NCBI GenBank assembly: GCA_963813305.1
Contig: CAWEYP010000006.1
Location: forward strand, 31,056-95,055
Direction: 5' to 3'
From: an uncultured Chloroflexia bacterium
GTDB taxonomy: Bacteria; Chloroflexota; Limnocylindria; Limnocylindrales; CSP1-4
Length of the DNA stretch: 64,000 bases
Shown in pieces: positions 40,417 to 50,771 of the stretch. The translations under genes were made by a program, and so were the position numbers. Every line of letters starts with the position of its first letter. Positions within the stretch are counted from its first letter, which is position 1. The notes beneath the pieces were generated by a model. The model was not told the origin of the DNA and ran no database searches. It saw only the letters and a list, made by a program, of their open reading frames with translations.

Positions 40417-40968
40417 CTTCTGCACGGTGACCGGGAAGGGGGCTGAGGTCGTGGCGTTGTGGTTGGCGTCGGCGGCCTTGGTGGCGGTGACCGAGCAGGT
40501 CCCGGTGCCCGAGAGGACGTGGAGCTTGCCGCAAGACGATCGAGCAGGCGGTCGAGGCGCCCTCGTCGAAGGTGACCGCGCCGCTCCCGCTGCCGCCGCT
40601 GGTGGTGATCGTCGCGTCGGCGGCCCCGTAGGTCGCGCTCGCGGGTCCGGTGACCGTCAGGGTCGCCTGGTCGGCCTTGTTGACCACCTGGCCGCCGGAC
40701 AGCGTCCCGCTGCTGTCGTCGAAGTCGACGAGGTCGTCACTGGCGTAGTCGGCCGTGATGGCGCGGGTGCCTGCCGCGAGGCCCGAGGTCGAGACGGTGG
40801 CCTCGCCGCCGACCAGCGGCTGGGCCGTGTCGAGGTCCACGCCGTCGACCTTGAACTGGACCGTGCCGGTGGGCGTGCCGACCCCGGCGGTGACCGTCGC
40901 GCTGAACGTGACGCTGGTGCCGTACGTCGACGGGTTGGCCGAGGAGGCGACCGCGGTGGTGGTGACCT
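40417..40968. repeat. ~550-bp intragenic direct repeat, copy B
   Basis: It is near-identical to 41238-41787 (offset about 821 bp). The few differences include the indels that break the frame in one copy or the other. Confidence 0.8.
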
Positions 40969-41237
40969 CGGCGGTGCTCACCGTGAACGCCTGCGACCCC
41001 TGCGGCGCAGGCTCGTAGTTGGCGTCTCCTGCCTGGTCCGCATGCAGGGTGCACGTTCCGGCGCCGATGAATGACACGTCCCCCCCGCTGATCGAGCAGA
41101 CGCCGCTCGAGGCGGGTGCGCGGGAGATCGTCACGGTCAGGCCGGACGGCGTTGCGAGGCCGGCCGGCGTCGTAGGTCGGACCTCCGACCCGCGCGTTGG
41201 TCGGGGCGGTCGTCGTGAAGCTGACCGCCTGCGCGGC

Positions 41238-41787
41238 CTTCTGCACGGTGACCGGGAAGGGGACCGAGGTCGTGGCGTTGTAGTTGGCGTCGGCGGCCTT
41301 GGTGGCGGTGACCGAGCAGGTCCCGGTGCCCGAGAGGACGTGGAGCTTGCCCGAGACGATCGAGCAGGCGGTCGAGGCGCCCTCGTCGAAGGTGACCGCG
41401 CCGCTCCCGCTGCCGCCGCTGGTGGTGATCGTCGCGTCGGCGGCCCCGTAGGTCGCGCTCGCGGGTCCGGTGACCGTCAGGGTCGCCTGGTCGGCCTTGT
41501 TGACCACCTGGCCGCCGGACAGGGTCCCGCTGCTGTCGTCGAAGTCGACGAGGTCGTCACTGCTGCGTAGTCGGCCGTGATGGCGTGGGTGCCAGCCGCG
41601 AGGCCCGAGGTCGAGACGGTGGCCTCGCCGCCGACCAGCGGCTGGGCCGTGCCGAGGTCCACGCCGTCGACCTTGAACTGGACCGTGCCGGTGGCGTGCC
41701 GACCCCGGCGGTGACCGTGGCGGTGAACGTGACGCTGGTGCCGTACGTCGACGGGTTGGCCGACGAGGCGACCGCGGTCGTGGTGAC
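41238..41787. repeat. ~550-bp intragenic direct repeat, copy C
   Basis: See copy B. Relative to B it carries CACTGCTGCGTAG versus CACTGGCGTAG (+2), GGTGGCGTGCC versus GGTGGGCGTGCC (-1) and GAGTCACC versus GAGGTCACC (-1). Confidence 0.8.
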
Positions 41788-41914
41788 TCGGCCGCGAGCA
41801 CGACTCCGCCCGGAAGCGCCGGGATCGCCATCAGGGCGGCGAGCGTCGCCACCAGCAACCGAACCCGAATTCGAGCGCGCACGGAACCTCCGCCAAGCAT
41901 CCCCAGCGCCCGCG

Positions 41915-41942
41915 AGTCTAGCGCGCCCGCGGAAAGGCGCTA
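41915..41942 (-). promoter_or_regulatory. Candidate promoter/operator of the giant gene: -10-like TAGACT (minus strand, 41920-41915) overlapping the inverted repeat TAGCGC-N12-GCGCTA (41919-41942)
   Basis: Read directly. The hexamer ends 14 nt upstream of ATG 41900. Confidence 0.25.
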
Positions 41943-42268
41943 AGAGACGAAGGTCCCGAGCGTCGTGCGCGCGCACCGGACGGGAGTCCCATGGCGGACG
42001 GCCGACCCGATGGCGTCCGCACGCGGCCCCGGCGCCCGTCCGCGATCTCGGCTCCGCGCCGCAGCTCCCCGGCCGCGGCCGCCGCCGCCCGGTAGACTTC
42101 CCCGAACGGGAGCAGACCGAGGAGGCGGCGGTTGAGCGACGTGGAGGAGCAGCAGCCGGCGGGTCCGGACCGGCAGCCGGGGCCGCAGGGCGCACCGAGC
42201 GATCCGACGGGCGAGGGAGCTCACGCCGATGACCACCAGGCCCGTTCGCCAGCGGGGCAAGACCGTCC

Positions 42269-43993
42269 ATGGCGAGCTCGCCAACGCCGGCCACCGCGTC
42301 CTCGCTCCCGACGACGCCGAGGTCGAGGCCTACCTGGAGGTCGCGCTCGACGCGCCGGGCGCCGGACCGCCCCGACTTCGACGTCCCCGGCGGCGCCGTC
42401 CCGCGCGGCGAGGCCAGCGACGCCGAGCCGGACACCGTCGTCGTCCTCGACTTCGGGAGCCAGTTCGCCCAGCTGATCGCGCGCCGCGTCCGCGAGCTCC
42501 ACGTCTACTCGGAGCTGCTGCCGCACGACACGCCCGTACGCCGAGCTGGAGCGCCGGCGACCGCGCGCCATCATCCTCTCGGGCGGCCCCAGCTCGGTCT
42601 ACGACGAGGGCGCGCCGCGGCCCGATCCGGCCATCTGGAACGGTCGGATCCCCGTCCTCGGCATCTGCTACGGCGCCCAGCTCATGGCCCTCGAGCTCGG
42701 CGGCGACGTCCTGCCGGCCAGCCCACCGGGAGTACGGTCCGGCGACGATGACGCTCACCGGCGACGACCGCCTGTTCGCCGGCCTCGAGCGCGACCAGCC
42801 GGTCTGGATGAGCCACGGCGACTCGATCACCCGGCTGCCGGCCGGCTTCGTCGCCACGGCCCAGACGCCGTCGACGCCCGTTCGCCGGCCTGGTCGACCG
42901 CGGAGCGCCGGCTGTACGGGATCCAGTTCCACCCCGAGGTGGTGCACACGCCGCGCGGCCGCGACGTGCTGCGCAACTTCGTCGTCGGCATCGCGGGTGC
43001 GCGGCCCACCTGGACGCCGGCGAACTTCGTCGAGTCGACGGTGAACGAGATCCGATCGCGCGTGGACGCCCACGCGCACGAGACCGGGCGGCGACGGCAA
43101 GGTCATCTGCGCGCTGTCGGGCGGCGTGGACTCGGCGGTGGCGGCCGCGCTGGTCCACCGCGCCGTCGGCGACCGCCTCACCTGCATCTACGTCGACCAC
43201 GGCCTGATGCGGAAGAAGGAGTCGGAGCTCCTGCGGGTCACGTTCGAGAAGAACCTGGGCATGAACCTGGTGATGGTCGACGCCCGGGAGCGCTTCCTGG
43301 CCCGGCTGGCCGGCGTCACCGATCCCGGAGCAGAAGCGCCGGATCATCGGCGACGAGTTCATCCGGGTCTTCGAGGAGGAGGCCGCGAAGATCGGCCGGA
43401 TCGACTTCCTGACCCAGGGGACGCTCTACCCCGACGTCATCGAGTCGACCGCGCCCGAGACGAAGGCGGCCCAGAAGATCAAGACCCACCACAACGTCGG
43501 CGGGCTCCCGGAGGACCTCCGGTTCACCCTGATCGAGCCGCTGCGCTACCTGTTCAAGGACGAGGTGCGCCTGGTGGGCCTGGAGCTGGGGCTCCCCGAG
43601 GCGATGGTCTTCCGCCAGCCCTTCCCGGGGCCGGGGCTGGCGATCCGGATCATCGGCGAGGTGACGGCGGAGCGGCTGGACACGCTGCGCGACGCCGACT
43701 GGATCGTGATCGACGAGATCAAGGCGGCCGGGCTGTACCGCTCCCTCTGGCAGATCTTCGCAATCCTGACCCCGCTCCGCAGCGTAGGGGTCATGGGCGA
43801 CGGGCGGACCTACGCCAACGTGTGCGCCATCCGCGCCGTGACCTCCGAGGACGGGATGACGGCCGACTGGGCCAAGCTCCCGTACGACGTCCTGGGCAAG
43901 ATCTCGGCGCGGATCGTGAACGAGGTGCCCGGCGTCAACCGCGTCGTCTACGACATCAGCAGCAAGCCGCCGGCCACGATCGAGTGGGAGTGA
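42269..43993 (+). pseudogene. guaA: GMP synthase (glutamine-hydrolysing), at least 6 frame changes as assembled; the true start is uncertain
   Basis: Pieces come from ORFs 42269..42751 ([35 protein letters not shown]), 42684..43412 (two blocks: [16 protein letters not shown].. and [19 protein letters not shown]..), 42229..43044 ([22 protein letters not shown]), 43126..44010 ([33 protein letters not shown]) and 43565..43993 (..KPPATIEWE*). Each junction moves to the next frame. Confidence 0.85.
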
Positions 43994-44048
43994 CCGGGAA
44001 GCGTCGGTGATCGGGCGCGGGGCGCCCGCCGCGCCGGGAGGAGGCACG

Positions 44049-46109
44049 ATGCGCCCGAGGCTCGCCGCCAGCGCCCTGGTCGCCGTCGCGCTCGTCGTGG
44101 CCGCCTGTGGCTCCGACACGAGCCCCACCTGGACCGGGGTGCCGAGCGGCCAGCCGTCCGCCGGCCCCACCGCGTCGGCGGTCCCCAGCGGCCTGCCGTC
44201 GCCGAGCGCCGCCCCCGCGTCGCCCTCGTCGGCGCCGAGCCCGGCGCCGACCCCGGTCGCGGGTGGCTGGAGCGTCGTGAAGACGGCGCCGTGCCCGGAC
44301 GAGAGCCGCTTCACCTGCGTGACGCTGGCCGTTCCGAAGGACCACTTCGTCGCCGGCGGCCCGACCTGGGACGTCACCTACGCGATCCACCGGGCCGCCG
44401 GGACCCCGAAGGGCACGTTCGTGACGATCACCGGCGGGCCCGGCACGAGCGGCATCTCCGTCGCGGACAGCTACAGCGACGCGTTCCCCGAGGGCGTCGA
44501 GAAGCAGTACGACGTCGTCTTCCTGGACCAGCGTGGGATCGGCCTCTCCGGCCCGATCCAGTGCGCCGAGGCCACCGCCGCGTTCTATGGCTCGACGGCG
44601 CGCCCGCAGGACCCGTCCCAGGCCGCGGCCGCGGGAGCCGCCGCGGCCGCGTACGTCGACGCCTGCCTGGCCGAGGCGAAGGTGGCCGCCGTCGACCTGC
44701 CCTTCTACGCGACGCGCCAGGCGGTCGAGGACCTGGAGGCGATCCGGGAGCAGCTCGGCGTCGCAGAAGCTCCACCTCTACGGCGAGAGCTACGGAACCC
44801 AGTTCGTCCAGACGTACGCCTCGGCTCACCCGGACCGGATCGACACGCTCTTCCTCGACGGGCCGGTGGACCTGACGCTCGACGGCGCGAGCTTCTACGC
44901 GGAGGCGGGGCGGGCGTTCGACGACGTGCTGATCGCGACGCTCAACACGTGTGCCACGGACGAGGCCTGCGCCACGGACCACGAAGGGGCGACGCCGCTC
45001 GCCACCTACGACGCGCTCGCCGCCCGCCTGGCGGGCGGGCCCATCGCCTTCGACTACCCCATGCCCGACGGGACGGTCCAGTCGCGGACCCTTCGCCCTG
45101 ACCGACCTGGAGAACGCCGCCGTCTCGTACCTCTACTCGCCGTTCGATCGCTGGCTGCTGCAGCGCGCGCTCGCGTCGGCGGTCGACGACAACCTGGTCC
45201 CGCTCGCGCGCCTCGCCTACGAGGGAATCGCCGTCAACCCGGACACGCTCGAGGTGGAGCCGGATCCCACGTACTCCGACGCCCTGTACTACGCGGTGGA
45301 GTGCCAGGACTACGTCTACAACGCGGGCGTGCCCGACGGCGACGCGCGCCTCGCCGCGTTCCTCGAGACGGGCCGGGTGCTCGGCGTCGACCGGATGCGC
45401 CTCGGCTCCGTCTACTACGGCGACCTGCCGTGCATCTACTGGCCGAACGACCCGCCCGCCGACCCGCGACCGGCGCCGATCATCGACGCGCCGTACCAGA
45501 CGATCATCCTGGGCGCGACCGGCGATCCGATCACCCCGCCCGCCAACGTCACCCGCCTGGCCAACCGGCTGACGCGGGTCCACACGTTCATCACCACCGG
45601 CGGGCCGCACATCACGTTCGGCTGGGGCGAAGCCTGCCCCGACGAGGCGATGGGTCGCTACCTCCTCGAGGGGAAGCTCCCCGAGGGCAGCGGTGACGGT
45701 CTGTCCCGGCGCCTACGTCGACGAGTACGTCGCGGTGGCGGCCGACGCTCGCCTCGGACTACGCGGACGCCCTTGCGCTCGCCTCGGCGATGGACGACCA
45801 GGTCGTCGGCACGGACGACTACAGCTACCGGCTCGAGGACGAGCCGCTGACGATCGGCTGCGACCACGGCGGGATCGCGTCCGTACTGCGCCCACCGACC
45901 CGGGGACCGACCTGACCCTCGCCGCGTGCGAGTTCACGGAGGGGCTCCCCGTGACCGGGAGCGGCGCGATCGACGACGATTCAGGTGGCCTCGAGATGAC
46001 GATCACGATCCCCGACGGAACGCTGTCCTACGCCCGCGACGGCGACGGCAACCGCAGCGTCACCGGTACCTTCCGCGGGAAGCCGGTCGACCAGCGATCG
46101 GAGGGCTGA
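44049..46109 (+). pseudogene. Lipoprotein alpha/beta hydrolase (tripeptidyl-aminopeptidase/TAP-like) with a C-terminal extra domain, about 5 frame changes as assembled
   Basis: It starts MRPRLAASALVAVALVVAAC (lipobox) after GGAGGAGG. It has the nucleophile elbow YGESYGT. Pieces come from ORFs 44007..45101, 44533..45696, 44951..45850 and 45693..46109, plus one unlisted frame segment. The shifts are near 44765, 45090, 45697, 45748 and 45885. Confidence 0.75.
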
Positions 46110-46150
46110 GACGCGTGCGGGCTGTGCGGCGGCGCACCGCCGGGTGACAA

Positions 46151-46186
46151 TTCGATCGCTCGAATGCAAGGTAGCTTGGGTACAGT
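46151..46186 (+). promoter_or_regulatory. AT-richest spot of the window: inverted repeat TTCGA-TCGC-TCGAA (46151-46164) followed by the -10-like TACAGT (46181-46186), 5 nt before ATG 46192
   Basis: Read directly. This is a candidate operator plus a leaderless-type promoter for the downstream zinc-ribbon gene. Confidence 0.3.
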
Positions 46187-46191
46187 GTGTC

Positions 46192-47320
46192 ATGGTCGAC
46201 GACTCGAGCCCCGTCCCGCCCGCGCCCGACCCGGAACCCGGTCCTCGGCCGGGATCCGGCCGGCCGCGCGCCGGCCGTGCCCCTGGTGCTCGGCCGTGCT
46301 GCCCACCGCGGCGCCGCGTCTGCCCGACCTGCGAGGCTCGCCTGGTCGAGGAGCAGGAGGTCGAGATCCCCGGGGTGACCACCGTCGAACCGGGACCTGC
46401 TCGCCTCGGCTGCCGCGCCGCGCAAGATCACGCCGACGTTCGGCGCCCTGTTCGTCGGCTCGAACGACGACGACGTCCGTGCCGTCCGAGGCGGAGCTCC
46501 CTGCCCTCGCGCCGCCCGATCTCGACGTGCGGCGGGAGATGCTGCGCCTCGAGCTGGACGCCCGGCTGGCGGCGCTCCAGGCCGAGGTCACGCCGATCGA
46601 GTCGGAGAGCGGTGCCCACCTGGCCCTGCCCGTGGAGCCCGCGGAGGCCGGGGACCTGGTCGAGGAGCCGTCCGGCGCGGCTGCCGACGCGCCGGCCGGG
46701 AGCCGCCCGCCGGGGAACCGCCCGCCGCCGGCGAACCGCCCGCCGCCGGCGAACCGCCGGCCGGCGCCGAGTAGCCCGCCGGCCGCGAACCTCCCGCCAG
46801 CCGGCGTGGGCCCGCCCGCGGGTCCGCCCGGGGATCCCGGCCGAGCCCGGTATCCTTGCCGGCGATGTCGAGCCGTCTCCAGCCGCCCGCAGCCTCGTTC
46901 ATCCGCGAGCACGAGGTCCAGGTCGGCGACCTCCGTCTCCGCGCCGGCATGGACCGTCCCAGCGAGATCGAGGGTTGGTGGCTGGCCGTGCTGTGGGTCG
47001 CCGACGGCGAGGGGATCGTGCCGTGCCGCACGGTAGCGCCCGCCGCGGGACCGCCCCCCGACCCGCCGCACGTCCGGCTCGGCCCGCTCGTGTCGGGCGG
47101 GCTCTCGGGCTTCGTCCTGGAGGATGGGGGCCGCCAGCAGCTTCGCCTCCGCCTCCCGGTGCCGCCCGTCGACGAGGCCCGACCGTGGACCGCTCCGCTC
47201 GTCGTCCAGCTCGCGGTTCGATGGGAGCCGGCGCGCGCGGCGGGGATGACGGCCACCGGGCTCGCGGACGTCGCGCTGGCGGCGTTCCGTCGCGCGGTCG
47301 AGGCGGTCAACCGGCCGTGA
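46192..47320 (+). pseudogene. Hypothetical protein: CxxC-N9-CxxC zinc ribbon, coiled segment, Pro-rich tandem repeat, ~150-aa C-terminal domain; several frame changes; the reading is uncertain
   Basis: These pieces can be chained: CPWCSAVLPTAAP/VCPTCEARLVEEQEVEIPG, SEAELPALAPPDLDVRREMLRLELDARLAALQAEV (ORF 46164..47036), and FIREHEVQVGDLRLRAGMDRPSEIEGWWLAVLWVADGEG...AFRRAVEAVNRP* (ORF 46856..47320). No family is recognised. Confidence 0.4.
46715..46768 (+). repeat. 18-bp tandem repeat GAACCGCCCGCCGCCGGC, two perfect copies plus one degenerate copy
   Basis: Read directly. It encodes a Pro/Ala-rich hexapeptide repeat in whichever frame is used. Confidence 0.7.
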
Positions 47321-47356
47321 ATCGCGGCTCCGCGCACGCCGGGCAAGGGTCCCGCG

Positions 47357-47362
47357 TAGAGT
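47357..47362 (+). promoter_or_regulatory. -10-like hexamer TAGAGT, 8 nt upstream of the UPF0182 ATG (leaderless-type arrangement)
   Basis: Read directly. There is no SD before ATG 47371. Confidence 0.3.
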
Positions 47363-47370
47363 AGGCCGCG

Positions 47371-50300
47371 ATGCGTGACCTCTTCGACGATTTCCTCCGT
47401 GAGCTGAACGAACGCCAGGGCAAGGCCACCGGTGGTGGCGAGCCTCGCCGCCCGGACGATGGCAAGGACCACGACGACGCCCCCGGCGATCCGGACGATG
47501 ACGCCCGAGGCGGCCGACGACGCGGTCGCCGAGGCGGCCGATGACGCGCGACGCGACCCCTGCCGGCGAGCGCACGGACGAGACGCCCGCGTCCGACGAC
47601 GCGGACGAGACCTCGGCCGACGAGACGGACGACGACGGCCGCACGGAGGAGCCCATCGTCCTCCCGCCGGCGCAGCGCGGAGGCGGTGGCCGTCGCGGCG
47701 GAGGTGGCGGACGGCCGCCCCGAGCGCCCGACCGGCGGCCCGAACGACGGTGGCTCGTCGCGCAGCCGTGCCGGAAGGCTGGGTCCGCAGGTCCTCCTCG
47801 TCGTCGTCGGCCTGATCCTGTTCGCCGCGGTCTTCCTCGTCGGCGCGGGCCTGGATCTCGCGACGGACGCCATCTGGTTCAAGAGCGTCGGCTACGACCC
47901 CGTCTTCTGGACGACTCTCGGGTCGCAGGTTGGCCTGTTCCTCGGGGGCCTCGTCGCCGCGCTGATCTTCCTCCTCGCGAACCTGTGGCTCGCCGGGCGC
48001 CTCGCGCCGCCGCCGGACGCGGCCGCCGGAGAGCGGGTGCGTGGCATCGTCGGCCGTCTCGGCGACGCCGCCCGCTCCAGCGACCGAGGGGCAATGGGGA
48101 CGCGGCGATCCGTTCGGCGGACCGCGCCGCGGTGCCTTCGGGCGCACCGACGACGACCGACCGGCGCGGTCGCCGATCACGTTCGAGGCCGAGGAGATCC
48201 CCGACCTGTCGCCGCTCGCGATCGCCGGCCTGGTGGTCGTCGCCATCCTCGCCGCGCTCGGCGTGGCCGGGGCGCTCGCCGGCAGCTGGGAGACGGTCCT
48301 GCTGTGGCAGCACCAGGTGCCCACGGTCACTGTCGCAGGGTCGCCGGTCGTGGACCCGGTCTTCGGGCGTGACGTCTCCTACTACCTCTTCCAGCTCCCG
48401 TTCCTGCGCCTCGTCCAGGCCACGGTCGGCGGGCTGCTGATCGCGGCCCTGATCGTGGCCGGCGGGCGCTACCTGCTCGCCGCGGCGCGCGGCGGCGGCT
48501 TCCCCACGCCCGTGCGCGTCCATCTCGGCATCCTGGGCGGCCTCTACCTGCTCACGGTCGCGGCGGGCTACCAGCTCGACAAGCTGGAGCTGGTCTACAG
48601 CGCGCGCGGCGTGGCGACCGGCGTCAGCTTCACCGATCAGGCGGCGCTCTTCTTCGCCTTCGACGCGCTTACGATCGTCGCCGGCGTGGTCGCGGCGCTC
48701 CTCGTCGGCGGGGCCTTCACCCGCTGGATCTGGCCCCTGGGCGCCGGGATCGCGGTCTGGTTCGGGCTCTCGATCCTGCTCGGCCAGGTCTACCCGGAGA
48801 TCATCCAGCGCTTCACCGTCGAGCCGAACGAGTACGCCAAGGAGCAGCCGTACATCGTCAACAACGTCAACATGACGCGGCTCAGCTATGGCGTTGACCA
48901 ATGGGAGGACAAGAGCTACCAGGGAGACGCGCCGCTCACCGCGCAGGACCTGGTCGACGAGAAGTCGACGTTCACGAACGCGCGCCTCTGGGACTACCGC
49001 CCGCTCCAGACGACGCTCGACCAGATCCAGACCCTGCGCCAGTACTACGACTTCGTCGACGTCGACGTGGATCGCTACCCGGTCGGCTCGGAGACCCGCC
49101 AGGTGATGCTCTCGGCACGCGAGCTGGACCCGCAGCGGAACACGCAGGCCGGCTCGTGGGTCAACCAGCGGATCGTCTTCACCCACGGCTTCGGGATCAC
49201 CATGGTCCCGGTCAACGAGGTCGACGAGCAGGGCCTGCCGAGGCTCTGGATCCGCGACATGCCGCCGCGCTCGACGGCGGGCGCGCCCGACGGTGACCCA
49301 GCCGCGGATCTACTTCGGCGAGCGCCCCAGCGACTGGATCGTGGTCGGCGCGCAGCAGGATGAGTTCGACTATCCGCTGGGCACCGGCGATGGCACCGGC
49401 GGCGACGAGAGCCAGGTGGAGACGCGCTGGTCCGGCACCACCGGGATCAAGCTCGACAGCATCCTCAGCCGGCTCCTGTTCGCGGCGCGGTTCCGGGATC
49501 TCAACCTGCTGATCTCCGACCAGGTGACGGCGGAGAGCCAGCTGCTGATGCACCGGTCGCTGGGTGACCGGCTGGGCCGGATCGCCCCGTTCCTCGCCTT
49601 CGACAAGGACCCCTACTCGGTCGTGACCGACGACGGCCGGCTCGTCTGGATCCAGGACGCCTACACGCTCACGGATCGGTTCCCCAATGCGCAGGAGTTC
49701 AGCGGCACCTCGCTGGGCGAGAACAGCGGCCTCGCCGGGCTGACCTTCAACTACCTGCGCAACAGCGTGAAGATCGTCGAGAACGCGTACGACGGGACGA
49801 TGACGTTCTACGTGGCCGACCCGAGCGACCCGCTGATCCAGGCGTGGCAGGGCGTCTTCCCGACGCTCTTCCGCCCGCTCAGCGAGCTTCCGGCGGGCCT
49901 GCGCTCCCACCTCCGGGTGCCGGAGGAGCTCTTCAACGTCCAGACACGGATCTTCGCCCGCTACCACGTCACCGACCCACTGACGTTCTTCCAGGGCGAC
50001 GACCTCTGGACGGTGCCCCAGAACCCCACCGCCGAATCCGGCCAGCTGCCGCTGGAGGCCTACTACGTCTACATGCGGATGCCCGGCGAGCAGAACGCCG
50101 AGTTCCTGCTCCTCCAGCCCATGGTCCCGGCGACGCGGCCGAACATGATTGCCTGGATCGCGGCGCGCAACGACGGCCCGGAGTACGGCAACGTTCGCGT
50201 CTACCGCTTCCCGCGCGACACGTCCATCTTCGGGCCGGTCCAGATCGAGGCCCGCATCGACCAGGATCCCCAGATCAGCTCGCAGCTCACGCTCTGGGAC

Positions 50301-50771
50301 CAGGCGGGCAGCGACGTGGTGCGCGGCAACCTGATCGTCGTGCCGGTCCAGAACTCGATCATCTACCTGGAGCCCATCTACCTCCAGTCGACCGGGTCGG
50401 CGATCCCCGAGTTCACCAAGATCGTCGTGGCCAGCCCGACGAAGGTCGTCTGGGGTGACACGCTCGAGGAGGCGCTGACGCTCCTGCTCGCCGGCGGGCC
50501 GACCCCGACCCCGACGCCGACACCCACGCCCGGGCCGAGCGCGTCGCCCGGCACCTCGCCGACCCCGACCCCGACCAGCGGGCCGAACGTGACGCCGCAG
50601 CCCGACGACATCCAGGCCCTCATCCGCTACGCGAACGAGCACTTCGAGGCGGCCCAGGAGGCGCTCCGCCGCGGCGATTTCGCGACGTACGGCGAGGAGA
50701 TCGCCGAGGTGGAGCGGACGCTCCAGCAGCTCGAGATCCTGGCCGGCGGGAGCCCGACGCCCGCGCCGTGA
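47371..50771 (+). pseudogene. UPF0182 family large membrane protein with an acidic N-terminal extension, 5 frame changes as assembled
   Basis: MRDLFDDFLRELNERQGK (ATG 47371) is followed by pieces in ORFs 47432.., 47541.., 47686..48372 (TM helices, DAIWFKSVGYDPVFWT), 48041..49363 and 49293..50771 (PRIYFGERPSDW...NLIVVPVQNSIIYLEPIYLQ). Each junction moves to the next frame (about 47500, 47545, 47700, 48055 and 49292). Confidence 0.8.

Larger units (their letters stand above)
37129..41900 (-). pseudogene. Secreted giant repeat protein (about 1590 aa: signal peptide, Ig-like domains, about nine 82-86-aa two-Cys repeats, MBG-like segment, C-terminal FlgD-Ig-like domain), about 5 frame changes in the 5' 1.4 kb
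   Basis: It is built from ORFs 40737..41900 (MLGGGSVRARIRVRLLVATLAALMAIPALPGG...), 41557..42435, 41477..41662, 39101..41134 and 37129..40425. The repeat unit is ATLTVTGPASATYGAADATITTSGGSGSGAVTFDEGASTACSIVSGKLHVLSGTGTCSVTATKAADANYNATTS. The shifts are near 41787, 41690, 41563, 41157 and 40527. Confidence 0.8.

Noticed and set aside
39100-41800. The periodic repeats could be mistaken for a CRISPR array or a satellite.
   Set aside because: The units are about 250 bp and lack short unique spacers. They translate in one frame into Ig-like two-Cys protein repeats and lie inside a signal-peptide-bearing gene. No cas genes are present.
42132-42400. A separate small gene upstream of guaA (ORFs 42132..42476 and 42229..43044).
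   Set aside because: Neither ORF has recognisable homology on its own, and both run into guaA-homologous sequence in shifted frames. They are better explained as 5' UTR, or as a frame-shifted N-terminal extension of guaA. This is unresolved.
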